From a virus (Duplodnaviria; Caudoviricetes), in the IMG/VR virus record IMGVR_UViG_3300037512_001279, positions 32,001-96,000 of that record: 64,000 bases of DNA; one strand, 5' to 3'. Made by a program: the position numbers and the translations under genes. Below, in pieces: positions 8,490-20,137 of this stretch; position 1 is the stretch's first letter; every line of letters starts with the position of its first letter. The notes under the pieces were generated by a model that did not search any database, had not been told where the DNA came from, and was given only the letters and a program-made list of their open reading frames with translations.

Positions 8490-11400
8490 ATGGCTGGGAA
8501 TACTGTTAGTATAGGTTTTGACTACAGAAAACAATTAGAAAAAGCCTGTAAAGATATAGAGCAATCTTTTGATAAAGTAATATCTTCGAATGATTATGGC
8601 AAAGATTTTGAAAAACAGATAAAGAACTTTAAAACAATGATTGCCGACATGAAAGATGATCTTTCGGATTCTTTTAAAGCTTTGTCAGACGGGAAGTTAA
8701 GTACGGAAAAATTTGAATCCTTTAAAGAGAACGTTAATAAGAAACTTAAAAACATAAATGATAGAGTTTCAGATTTAACGACAAACATAGATCAATTAAA
8801 CAAGGCATTAGGTTTTACCGGAGATAGCGTTGATTTAACAAGTGCTATTAATCAATTTAAGGAGCTTCAAGAATATATAAATACAAACAATGAAGCCGTT
8901 GAAAGGTTATTAAAAACACTTCAAACAGTTGATGGAAATCTTGAAATAAATGTTCCAAAGTTTTCTATTGATGAGGCAAAAGCACAGATAAAGCTTCTAA
9001 AAGGAATGATTAATGATTTAATGCAGGGTTCAAAAGAAGATATTTCTAAAAAACTTGCATCAATGACATCTAGCCAAATAGAAGTACTTTATTATGATTT
9101 ATCAGATAAATTTTCTGAATTGCAAGAGAAAAAAGACGAATTATTAGGAAAGATAAATGCAGCGCCAGACCAAAAGGATGGCGCTGTTTTAGCATTTAGG
9201 TCTGAATTGTCGCAGGCAGAAATTGAGATATCTAAATTGGCAGAAGACATAGAGGAAATATTTCAGTATGCCGGAGAAAGAAAATTCAAGTGGTTTGATT
9301 CAACCAAAAACGATAAAACAACAGTAAAATTTAGAAATACAATTTTAGAAATTAATAACAGTTTTGATGAAATAGAGACTAAATCACAAAAAATAATTAC
9401 TGATTTGCAAAGATATGTTGATTCGTTTTCTAATACTACTGCTAAAGTATCAGACAAACTAGAGGCTAACACTGGCGAAGTAAATGTTCAAGTAAAAATA
9501 GCTACTAGAAATGCCACTCTTATAAATGAATTAAAAGATAAAATAGAAAAGTTGCAAGAAGCATTAAATAATAAACCTCTAATTTTACCTGTAAAAATGG
9601 TTGTATCAAATGCCAGAACTACAAGCGAAGACCCATTAAAAACTAGCAAAGATGCAATAAATAAGGCAAGGAAGAAATTAAAAGAATCAACTGAAGATGT
9701 AGATATGGCAGATGCAATTCCAAAGCAGACATTGAAACAGGCTCTTATTAATGCTGAACGTGCTGCGAAGGAATCGTTTACTAGAATCCAAGAAATCTTT
9801 GATAAAACTCCTATCAACATTCATTTAACTGTTCCAGAGGAAGAAATACAGAAAATATCTGATTCTGTGTTTAGTGAAGACGGTAAAACTAAAATTGACA
9901 TTTCAAAACAAATAGATAATGCAAAAAAGAGAACGGATGAATTAATAAAATCTCTTAAAGAGGCAGATGAGACTGCATCAAAAACATTAAAAAAGAATAA
10001 ATATGCAGGGCTTGCTGAAGAAATACAAAAAAGCTTATCAGGGCTTGAAAGTCTTAAAGACATTCTTACTGCTATTCGTGATTTAGAAAGCACTCTTGGC
10101 AGAGCTACAAATGTAGCGACGAATAGTGATATTACTACTCAATGGAATAAAGTAAAGTTTTGGTTTGATTATATTTCTGATGAATCTGACAATATTAACT
10201 TTAATAAGCAAAGAGATCAAATAAATACATTGATGTCTGAATATCAGAAATACCTAAAAATGGGTGGACAAAATCCTCTTAGAAATCTTACCGATAATGA
10301 AGAAACAATAAGAAAATTATATAATAGATTCAACAAATTAAAAGACGTATCAGGAGATAAAATTGATGTCTCCGGAGAAGTTAAATCATTCAATGAAATA
10401 ACGGGTGCGGTTGATGAGTTAACCGTTGCTATTGGTGAAAAGAAAGTAGATGCAATAAATCAAGAAGCTTTGGCAATGGAAAGTGCTGCAGAAAGAGAAG
10501 TCAAAGCAATAAAATCAATAGACGACGAAATATCAGCGGCTCATTCTTCAGGGAAAAAAAATAAGCAGGATAAAGAATTAAAGAAAGAAAATATCCAAAA
10601 CATAGATGAATCTTCTTCTAAAATTACAGAAGAGTCTTTTGCTCTAGATAAAACTGCTGAATCAGCTGCGAATGCTGCAGAAGCAAAAGACAAATTTAGA
10701 AAATCTAATGAACTTCTTGCTACGAGTGCAAAAGATTCTGCAGATGCGTTGGCTATTGAAACTAATGCCCTGCAAGTTATTGAGAATATTGATTTAGATC
10801 ATAATTCTGATGAATTTAGAAATGCAGCAGAAGCCGCAAGAATGTATTGTGACGGGCTTGGCGAAATAGCTTCTATTACAAGAACATCCGGAACATATAA
10901 TACATATAACAGAAATACAGGCGAAATGGAACAAATGCTAAGAACATCGTACAGAGTTACTGATGTTAATGGCAATAGTCGTACGTTTAATCCACAAGGC
11001 AATATAATTGGTGCTAAAGATATTATAAATGCTACTGCCGCATATAGAGAATACTTAAAGATACAAGAACAAGTTTTTGCGATTAATAAAAAAGAGGCAT
11101 CTGGACAAGAATTATTAAATAGAGAAATTTCAGATAGAGAAAGTTTACTTAGAAAGCTTTCAGAACAAGAGGAATTAATTAATTCAATTGAGTCTAGAGG
11201 CCTTGAAAATTCTGAACTTAGAGAAGAAGTTGAAAGGCGAAGAATCGCAAATCAAAGGACTATTCAACAAATACAAAAAAATAGTATCTTAAACGGGCCT
11301 CTTGAAGGTTACGAAAGACAATTCTCATCATTAAATACAGATAAAAATTTATCAAAACAAACCGACGAATATAGAAGCAGATTGTTAGAGATTAATGATT

Positions 11401-14400
11401 TACTTCAAAGATTACAGGCATATAGAGACATAGATATATTTACAGATGAAGACGTTAATGATGTTACAAATTTAAGAACGCAGATAGATGGTTTATTTAA
11501 TGACTTATCCAACATGGATAAGGCTGCGAATAAGGCAAAGTCTTCCAGCGTACTTTCAAACATTACCGACTTCATAGCAAAAAATAGCAGGTTAAATTTG
11601 TCAAAACAAGGTAAGGAATACCTTTCTCAACTTGAAGAGTTACAGGATAGACTAAGAAGGGTTGGTCTTACTTCTAATGACATTCAAGATGTTGTTGCTG
11701 AGTTTAACAGATTAAAAATACAAATTACAGAAGCAGGGCTGGCTGGAAGAAGCTTTTTTGACATTATGAAGTCAAAAGCTTTCTATATGGCTGCTGAATA
11801 TCTCGCAAGGTATTTTAGTTTGCAAGATATTATTCGCTATATTAAAACTGCTGCCCAAAATGTTATTAATCTTAATACTCAGTTTACTGAGCTTGCAAAA
11901 GTTTCAGATACAAGCATTAAAAAACTCAATGCAGACTTTAAAGCATACGCAGACACAGCAAAAGAACTTGGTAGTACAATCACCGACACAATTTCTGCAA
12001 CGGCAGACTGGGCTAGAATGGGATATAATATTCCTGATAGCAAAGAACTCGCCCGTGTTGCTTTGATTTATAAGAATGTTGGCGACGGTATTGATATAAG
12101 TGCTGCAAACGAATCACTGATTTCTACATTACAAGGTTTCCAAATGGAAGCAAAAGACGCGTTACATATAATTGACGTGTTCAACGAAACTTCGAACAAC
12201 TTCGCAATTAGTTCGGCTGGAATTGGTGAAGCGTTACAAAGAAGTGCAGCTTCGTTTAATGCTGCTCATACGAGTCTTGAAAAATCTGTATCACTTGTTA
12301 CAACAACAAATACTGTATTACAAGATCCACAAGTTGTCGGAAATTTGTGGAAGACCATGAGTGCTCGAATTCGCGGTAAATTTGTGCCGTTTTATAGCGA
12401 AAGCTATAATGTGTGTTTCGAGTAAAAAATAATTACACACATAGATAACTATATAAGTCAAAAGATGATGGGACATCAGAGACTTAGGAAAGACTTATGA
12501 TTTTTATATATTTTTTAATTGGATGAAGAAGCCTGATTATTTAGCACTACAATTATAAAATATAAAAATCATAAGTATCCCAAGAGACTGCAGGACGCAT
12601 GTGGTAACATATGTGTTGAAGTTATCCCACTCTCCTATTATAGGAAATGGTAATATACAGTCCGATCCTACAATATAATCCCAAATTAATAAAATGAAAT
12701 GTAGGAATTTGGTAGAAATACCAAATCGCCATATATTATGGTCATAAAACTATTTCTCTGTATAGTTTAAGTAACAGAATTGGCAAAAACAGAGCTTGAA
12801 GAATTAAATGAAGAAGAGGATGAATTTACTGAGTCTACTTCTAAATTAAGAAGCCTTGTAAAAGGCCTTACTGGATTTGATATCATGCAAGATGAAGATA
12901 CATTCAAAGATTTGTATGATATTATTATTGGCATTGGTAAAGAGTGGAAAAATTTAACAGACATAGAGCGTGCTAGTCTTGGAGAGGCATTGGCTGGAAA
13001 AAGAATGGCGAACGGTCTTTACGCAGTGCTTGATAATCTAGATACTCTAGAAAAGGCATATAAAACTGCATCTGAATCTGATGGTTCCGCAATGCGTGAA
13101 CAGGAAAGATATCAACAGTCAATTCAATATTCAATTGACAGAACAAAAGCTTCTATTGAAGAGCTGTCAAACTCTTTACTTAATTCTGATTTACTCAAAT
13201 TCCTAGTTGATGTTGCAAACGGATTTGTTAACATTACAAATGAAGTAGTAAAATTCTCCGGTCTTCTCGGAACTATCGGCATCGGTGCTGGAGCATTTGC
13301 CGGAATAAAAAATCTCGGTAGGAGTAAAAAGTTTCTCCTCAATTCATTGATGATTTGAAAATTTTTCAAAAATCTCTTGCATTTTATATGTACAGAGAAT
13401 ATAATTATATAAAAAGAAGAGGTAGTACCGTAGGACAAACGGTTCACCACAGTTTATAGTTACTGTATCAAATTAGCAACCACATACCTTGGGGAAGGGC
13501 GGTTGCTTTTTTGATGGTTTATTTTTTGAAATGATCTAAGTACAAGCCGTAGATTACAACAACCGTCTGAACAGTTGCTACGGCAAGTGCTAAGATAGCT
13601 ATTACCATCATAGTACTTTCGTACCCCTTCGTTCTTATTTGCCATAGGCATCACTCTCCTTTTATTAGCGAAAAGTATTCCTTTGGCAGTTCTTTGGTTA
13701 AAGAACAACCAAGCGACTGAAGGGTGAACCGCTTACCCGTTTTAGTACTATCCTCTTCTTGTGCATTATAATACTTTAAAGCATTCAAATTGTCAATAAA
13801 AAATATGCCGAGGCTCACGTCGTTTTATCCAGTAATGGAATTTTTGTCGTGAGTGAGTGGATACGCTACCACAACATAAACACCCAATATGATCCTAATG
13901 GATGCGCATGAGCAAACATGCGCCTGGGAAATGACATAATCCATTACTACTCTCCCGCTTTGGGTTTGTGAAAATGTAATGGATGTCATGGTCAGCAGGG
14001 AAGCTTCTGTTTACAGGAGAACCCCCACAGTAATGATATGGGTGGTAATATTAGCCTGAAACGACTAACATTACAATAGACATTCGAAACTAACCGACAT
14101 GGCGGTAATTTGCAGGAGGAAGTACTCTCCTCTCCATGAATTGTTGGGGCAGATCGGACTGCCTGAGTATGTCCAAAGTAAAAGCAACCACATAACGCGG
14201 TTGCTTTTTGAAATAAAATCAAAATTTTATTTGATAGGTTACATAAACTTAAACAAATATATAAAAAATACAATTATGCTTATAACAATCCATGATATTA
14301 AAAATTTCTTGAAAAATCTTATATTTTTATTTATAGTACGAAGATGTTGCGTGATTTCTTCTAATTGTTCGTAAGCATCAAACTCGTAACACTCTTCCAT

Positions 14401-17400
14401 TTCGACATTGCAGTCTTTGCAATAAGTATCAGGTTCATCAGATGGTAGGTTGGCATAATCATTACATTCAGGGCATTTATATCTCTTGTATTTAATCATA
14501 ATATTATCTCTCCTTATACTAAGTATAAATAATAACAAGAATTATTCCGCAAATTAATTCTAAAATCGTTAAAACAAAAAAGAATTTCATCATTTTATAA
14601 ATGCCATGTACGTCTTTCTCTAAATTATATGTTTTTTCAGTTGTCTGAGTGTTGTTAATATTTTCAACAACAGCTTCCGTCGTTGCTTCTACCTCACCAA
14701 AATTCTCAAGAGATCCTCCACAAACACGACATATTGATGGAACTTTATCTTCTGGTGAGATTTTGTATTCTTTGCCGCATTTATAGCAAACATATTTTTT
14801 TATTATATCCCCCAATTGACATCACCTCCATATTTTAAGTATATCAACCAACATGATATTAGTCAAATAGTTTGAAATTTTTAGGAACACTTCCACAACT
14901 TAAAACCGCAATATCTTCTATTAGTGGATTATCTACAGATTTATTAGCAAATGGAGCTGATGGTTACATAAATGCAGTTAAAGGAATGACTGCACAAAAC
15001 GCTCTTCTTGTATTGTCTTATAAGAATTTAAGCGCAGCAGAAAAGAAAGAGATTCTTATCAAGGCCGGTGTTATTTCTGCTGATCAAGAGTTAATTGGAG
15101 AAAATGCACTTTTAGCTAAGTCAAATATCTCATTATCCGGAACATTTGGTATTATTGCAAGGAAGGCTGCTATGTCTGCTGCAGCAATTTTATCCAATCC
15201 AATTACATGGCTAGTTGGTGCAGTAGCCGCAACTACAATTGCAATAAAGAAAATGAACGAAGCCGTAGAAGAAGGCAGAGATAAAGCACAGGAATTGGGT
15301 TCGGAATTTGCAGATATTTCGCAAGAGCTTGATTCTTATAAAGAAAAAATAACTGAATTAACAGACAAAATAAAAGACCAGAAATCTTCAATCGAAACCG
15401 TGGTTGATTCAAGAAGACAGCTTGGTAAAATTCAGGATGAGCTTGTAAATAAATACGGTCATGAAGCAGAAGTAATTAATGCTGTTACAGATGCTATTAA
15501 TGGTCAGTCAGATGCAATAAATAATCTGTTTAATACAGTGTCTGCAGATGAGTGGCAAAAGGTAATGAACCAAATTAATAACACTGGTTTTTGGGCAAAT
15601 GCGGCGAACTGGCGTGACAACTACAAAGATCAGGTTGATCGTATAGAGCATGAATTATTTAATGAAACATATTCATTAACCGCTGCTGATAGCAGAATAT
15701 CTGTAGAACAAAGAAAATATTTTAAGAGCCTGCTTACTGAAAGGGGATGGACATATAATGAAGATAATATGTTCATGCAGTACACCGGAAGTAGAGAAAA
15801 AGCATTAAATGATATTCTTGATATTCAACAGGAGTTATCAAAGAAATTTGGCGATGATTTATCAAAAGTTCTATCTAAGACATTAACAGATTCATATAAC
15901 AGCATTAATGAAGTCTACGAAAAGTATAAAGAATTCAAAGATCAGTTTGTATTAAATTCTGTAATATTTAATCCACAGTACATGTTACAAAATGGTGAAG
16001 CAAACGGAGATTACCTTGCAAATGTATTATTAGGTTTAGAGGAAGAATACGAAGCATATATTTCGGCAGCAAACGAAGATGCTCAAAAGGCTGCCCTGCA
16101 AGGTCTTGCAAATCACCTAAGAGAGATTTTCAGCGAAGAAAATATTCCACAACTTGTTAAGGATTACATTAAACAATTATTCCCAACAATTTTTACAGAA
16201 GAAGATACAAAAATCACTCAAATAGAAAACGCAAAAAATCTTGCTAGAAATAAGGCATACGACAGTTTATATGCTGAAGCTTCTGGCTCTATGAATCGTA
16301 CTGATCAAGAAAAATTCAGAGAAGCTACTGGATTTGACAAAAAATACAATGCATTCATAGAAGAATATAAGATTGACTCCGAAGAAGAACTTGAACTTCT
16401 TGATGCATATATTGCAAAATATAAAGATCTTGATAAGGCATTTAGCCGGTATGCACAGGATGTAAAAACAGAATCACCTGTTCTTGATTACGAAGGCAAA
16501 AAAGACAGATCTAATTATACCGCCGACGATTACATAGAAGAAACAAAGTCTAACATCATTTCTCTTGGTGACGCTCTTAATAAACTTCAGACTAAAACAA
16601 TGACGTCTGCAGACAGAATGGCATTGTTTAAAGATTTTCCTGAGTTAGAATCAAGAGCAAACGACCTTGAAGAAGCGATTGGCGAAAAACTCGTCGGAGC
16701 AATTGATACATTAGAAAAGACAACCGGTAAGCAGTTAGCGCCTGAAATTAGACAGGGACTATTTGAACTTACTAGCGGCGCACTTCAAGCAAACAGAACT
16801 CTTAATGAAACGTTTAATACAATTAAAAACAGTTCAAGTGTTCTTAAGGAATTTAAGACAACTCTTAAGAATGGCGATCCAATTACTGAATCACTACTCT
16901 CTTCCATCGCAGGATTAAGTGACGAACTTGACACCTTAGTCGCAGGATTCTATGGCGGCGTTGTAACAGTTGAAGAGCTTTATGATGCCGTTGAAAAACA
17001 GCGTGAAGTTGATTTTGAGCGTTACAAGCAGTCTTACATAATGAAGCAGGCGCTCGATGAGAATTACTATAAAAATGCCATTGCGGGGCATAAAGAAGTA
17101 GTAAAACTGTTTAATGAACAGTATAAGATAGACCTTAGAAATTATACAAGCTATCAGATGGCGAAGTCTGAAGTTCAAAAGAAGATTCTTGGTCAGAATA
17201 TGAAGATGATATCTTTATATTATGACATTGAACAGATGCAATATACGGATGCCTATGCTAAACTTGAGAATGAAGCAAAGGCTTCTGTTGGACATTCTTA
17301 TGGCGAATATACAAAAGTTCGTTCTCTAATAAACGAATATAAACAAGCCATTGATGACCTTAATCAAATCGGCTGGACTGACTTCTTGGATGAACTTGAC

Positions 17401-20058
17401 AAGATGACTCTTGGCGATTTTGACAAGATTTCGGGTTCTACTAAGGATTATAAGGAACTCTTCGACTTCTTTGAGCGTCGTCTCGAAATTATTGATCAAT
17501 CGCTTAATAAGCTCGACGCATCACTTGAAGAAGTAAACGGCTCCATGGCAAAGAACATTCTTATTGCCGGTAAGATGAACATCGTGTCGAAACAGATTCA
17601 GGACTACACTTCTGCCCTCACGATGTACGAAAATAAGGCAAATCAGGAGCTGTCAAAACTCTCTGCAGACATGCAGGAAAAGATTAAGAACGGCTCTGTA
17701 AGCATTACTCAGCTTATTGGCGAGAATGGCGAAGAAGTTAACAAGACACTCGAGGAATACAAGAAGTGGGCAGACAAAGTAAACGACTGCAACGTTAAAC
17801 TTCTTGAGCTGCGTGAAACTCTGCGTGACCTCGCGCTTGAGAAATTCAACAACATTGCACAGGATTACTCCGACCAGTTTGACATTCTTGGTTCATCTAA
17901 CGACCTAATTGAAAAACAGATTTCATTGTTTGAAGAGGCAGGTCAGTTAATCGGTCGTGCGTTTTATGAAACTCAAATCGAGGCATCTCAGAAACAACGC
18001 ACAATTCTTGAGAAAGAAAAAGCCGCGCTTATTAAAGAGATGACGTCGGCGCTCTCTTCCGGTTACATTCAGAAGGGCAATGATGAATGGCTCGAAATGG
18101 CGAAGAGCATACAGGAAGTTGATTCCAGTATTCTCGACGTTGACCAATCCATAGAACAGCTTCAGAACTCCTTACTCGAACTCAACGACAAAGTATTTGA
18201 ACGCCTGCAGAATACGTTCTCAGACATCAATTCTCAGCTTTCCAACATTGTTGGAATGATCAGTGACGTTGACGTATCTGACGAATCTGGCGTATGGTCT
18301 GATGAAGGTCTTACTCAGTTAGGCGCATATGCACAGCAGTATGAGCTTGCGAGACACAACGTTGAGAAATATGAGGAAGAGATTCAGAAGCTCAATCAGT
18401 CCTACAGCGACGGTTTGTACTCTACTACGGAATACATTGACAAGCTCTCCGATCTTGCTCAGGCACAATGGGAGCAGGCCAATGCTGCAGAAGATGCAAA
18501 GAAGTCCATACTTGAACTTAACAAGGCAAGGGTTGAACTCGTAAAAGAAGGAATTCAAAAGCAGATTGACGCTTACAAGGAACTTATTGATAAGCAGAAA
18601 GAGGCTCTTGACCAGGAGAAATCCATCCGCGATTACGAGAAGACCATTGCAGAAAAGAATAAAAACATCAACAAACTGCAGAATCAGATTAACCTGTTAA
18701 GGAATGATGATTCTGCCGCGGCAAACGCTAAGAGAATTAAGCTTGAACAGGAGCTTGCTGATGCCAAGGCTGACCTTGAGGAAACTCAGTATGATCATTC
18801 AGTAGAGGCACAGAAGGAAGCCCTTGACAAGCAACTTGAAGATTTTGAAGATGCAAGGCAACAGGAAATTGATGAGTTAGAGGAATACCTGAAAGACGTC
18901 GAAAGGGTTCAGAAGGATTCGTTTGAAATCATCAAAAAGAATACCGACAAGATTGCAAAGCAAATCGAGAACATTGCCAAGACTCACGGCGTTGTTATTT
19001 CTGAAGCGATCACTAATTCTTGGAAGTCAGGTGAAGGGGCAATCGCCTCTTACGGTACTGCACTCTCATCTGCTTCCAGTGGATTTATTCAGCAGATCCA
19101 CGAGATTGAAATATATCTCGTCGCACTTCAGGATGAAGCTGACCTAACCGCAGACAGACTTGTTGGAATGTTGTCGGCTAAGGCTGATAACCTTCTTAAT
19201 GAATTTAATGCTGCAAGAGATTCCGAGAATGAACTTATCAGGGCAACCAATCTTCTTAATGAAGCATTGATTAAGACTCTTGAGGGTAATTATGACATTA
19301 GCGGAATTATTGGTGCGTTAAAGGAAGTTCAAAATCAGGTTGACGAAACCAAAAATAAGTTAACTGGTTCAACAAGCACAGGCAACGTTTCAAGTTCTAC
19401 TCAAAAAGCAATTCAGGATACCGTTTCTGCCGTTGCAAACGCAGGAGTCAAGGTTATTCCTGACGAACAAGTTAATGCAATAAAGAAACAGCAGGAACTT
19501 GATGCTCTCTCGTTTGATTATTACTATTACTGGAAACCAAAGACTCATGAGTATACGGCAGAGTATAAGAAACTTTCAGATGCCGTAAGATCTGGAGACA
19601 GTCAGGCTGCAATAGTTAAGAATAAGGTTGACAATGCCGTAGCAAGTTATCTTGCGAAGGAAGCTGCGATACTCAAGAAGTATGAAGGATTTGCCACCGG
19701 CGTACACAACCTTAACAGAACTCAGTTCGCATGGACTCAGGAGCAGGGTAACGAACTTGTGCTCTCTCCTACCAGAAATGCGATTCTTACCAAGCTAAAC
19801 AAGGGTGACACCGTACTTACTAAGGATCAGACAGACAACTTGTTTAAGTTAAGCAAGATTGATCCTGATTCCATCTTTGGTAAATTCGGCAAGATCAACG
19901 GAGTTGCAAGAGTTGAAGCTCCCGTACTTAGCATTGGAAACGTTCTTACCGTTAATGGAAACATTGACGACACGAATGCAGAAAAGATGAAGACCATTGC
20001 AATGTCTGCAATCAACACGGCCTTCAAGAAGTTCTCTAGTGAAATCGTTAAAAGATAA
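8490..20058 (+). CDS. Tape measure protein, spliced from exons 8490-12377, 12783-13319 and 14875-20058 (predicted 3202 aa)
   Basis: Long coiled-coil ORFs with a TP901-type TMP core (TISATADWARMGY...IIDVFNE..NNFAISS). Removing two group I introns joins the frames in phase: ...MSARIRG|AKTELEE... and ...GIKNLG|KFLGTLP...; C-terminal GFATG...WTQE.G.E motif. Confidence 0.85.
12378..12782 (+). ncRNA. Group I intron 1 in the tape measure gene (405 nt, ORF-less)
   Basis: 5' exon ends GCGGU, pairing with IGS GCCGU (U-G wobble at the splice site); UUUGU pairs with 3' exon GCAAA (P10); P7 GACUG (12586-90) / CAGUC (12658-62) within GAGACUG and AAUAUACAGUCC elements; terminal G at 12782; in-frame join. 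Confidence 0.92.
13377..13405 (+). promoter_or_regulatory. Sigma-A-type promoter for a putative antisense RNA inside intron 2
   Basis: TTGCAT-N17-TATAAT. Confidence 0.7.
13412..13512 (+). ncRNA. Putative antitoxin antisense RNA (about 100 nt)
   Basis: Lies between the 13377-13405 promoter and the terminator agcaacc...ggttgctttttt (13475-13512); convergent with and overlapping the 3' end of the small-peptide transcript. Confidence 0.55.
13519..13611 (-). CDS. Putative type I toxin peptide MMVIAILALAVATVQTVVVIYGLYLDHFKK (30 aa; not in the ORF track)
   Basis: Single hydrophobic helix with a KK C-terminus; GAAGGGG upstream; overlapped by a 63-aa leader ORF (13651-13460, RBS AAAAGGAGAG); own promoter with TTGACA at 13796-13791. 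Confidence 0.65.
   Translation of the reverse strand: MMVIAILALAVATVQTVVVIYGLYLDHFKK
14180..14209. terminator. Bidirectional terminator ending the intron-embedded antisense operon
   Basis: aaaagcaacc-acataacgc-ggttgcttttt. Confidence 0.75.
14239..14499 (-). CDS. Zn-ribbon protein with C-terminal TM helix (intron cargo; candidate superinfection-exclusion factor)
   Basis: CPEC...CKDC and a hydrophobic C-terminus; RBS AAGGAGAG before ATG 14499. Confidence 0.75.
   Translation of the reverse strand: MIKYKRYKCPECNDYANLPSDEPDTYCKDCNVEMEECYEFDAYEQLEEITQHLRTINKNIRFFKKFLISWIVISIIVFFIYLFKFM
14519..14815 (-). CDS. Zn-ribbon protein with C-terminal TM helix (intron cargo; same architecture as 14239-14499)
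   Basis: CYKC...CRVC and a hydrophobic C-terminus; RBS GGAGGTG. Confidence 0.75.
   Translation of the reverse strand: MGDIIKKYVCYKCGKEYKISPEDKVPSICRVCGGSLENFGEVEATTEAVVENINNTQTTEKTYNLEKDVHGIYKMMKFFFVLTILELICGIILVIIYT
14838..14866 (-). promoter_or_regulatory. Sigma-A-type promoter of the cargo genes, overlapping the intron P7 3' strand
   Basis: TTGACT (14866-14861)-N17-TATACT (14843-14838). Confidence 0.75.
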
Positions 20059-20076
20059 TTTATTTTTATATTTTTA

Positions 20077-20112
20077 CGGGGCGAGGTATGAAAATTACCT
20101 CGTCCTGTTTTA
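20077..20112 (+). terminator. Hairpin/terminator after the tape measure gene
   Basis: cggggcgaggta...tacctcgtcctg followed by tttt. Confidence 0.6.
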
Positions 20113-20137
20113 TGGAAAGGTGGTGAGGAAGAAATAA

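Larger units (their letters stand above)
13320..14874 (+). ncRNA. Group I intron 2 in the tape measure gene (1555 nt) carrying antisense cargo genes
   Basis: 5' exon CUCGGU pairs with IGS GCCGAG (13807-12); AAAAAUAU (13799-13806) pairs 7/8 with 3' exon AAAUUUUU (P10); P5 stem 13931-47/13976-89; Q-like GUCAGCAGGG (13991); P7 GACUAA (14063-68) / UUAGUC (14859-64, in AUGAUAUUAGUC); terminal G 14874; in-frame join. Confidence 0.8.

Noticed and set aside
12780-14874. TTG starts at 12780 and 14872 as independent genes
   Set aside because: Neither has an RBS, and in both cases the G of TTG is the intron terminal G.
13318-14884. Spliceosomal-looking GT...AG boundaries (G|GTAGGAGT ... TTTTTAG|GA) that would also restore the TMP frame
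   Set aside because: Bacteria have no spliceosome. The group I P1/P10 pairings point to 13319/14875 instead. Junction sequencing would discriminate between the two.
13317-14886. Ribosomal bypass from GGT to GGA (T4 gene 60 style)
   Set aside because: The gap is about 1.5 kb, the codons do not match and a complete intron core is present.
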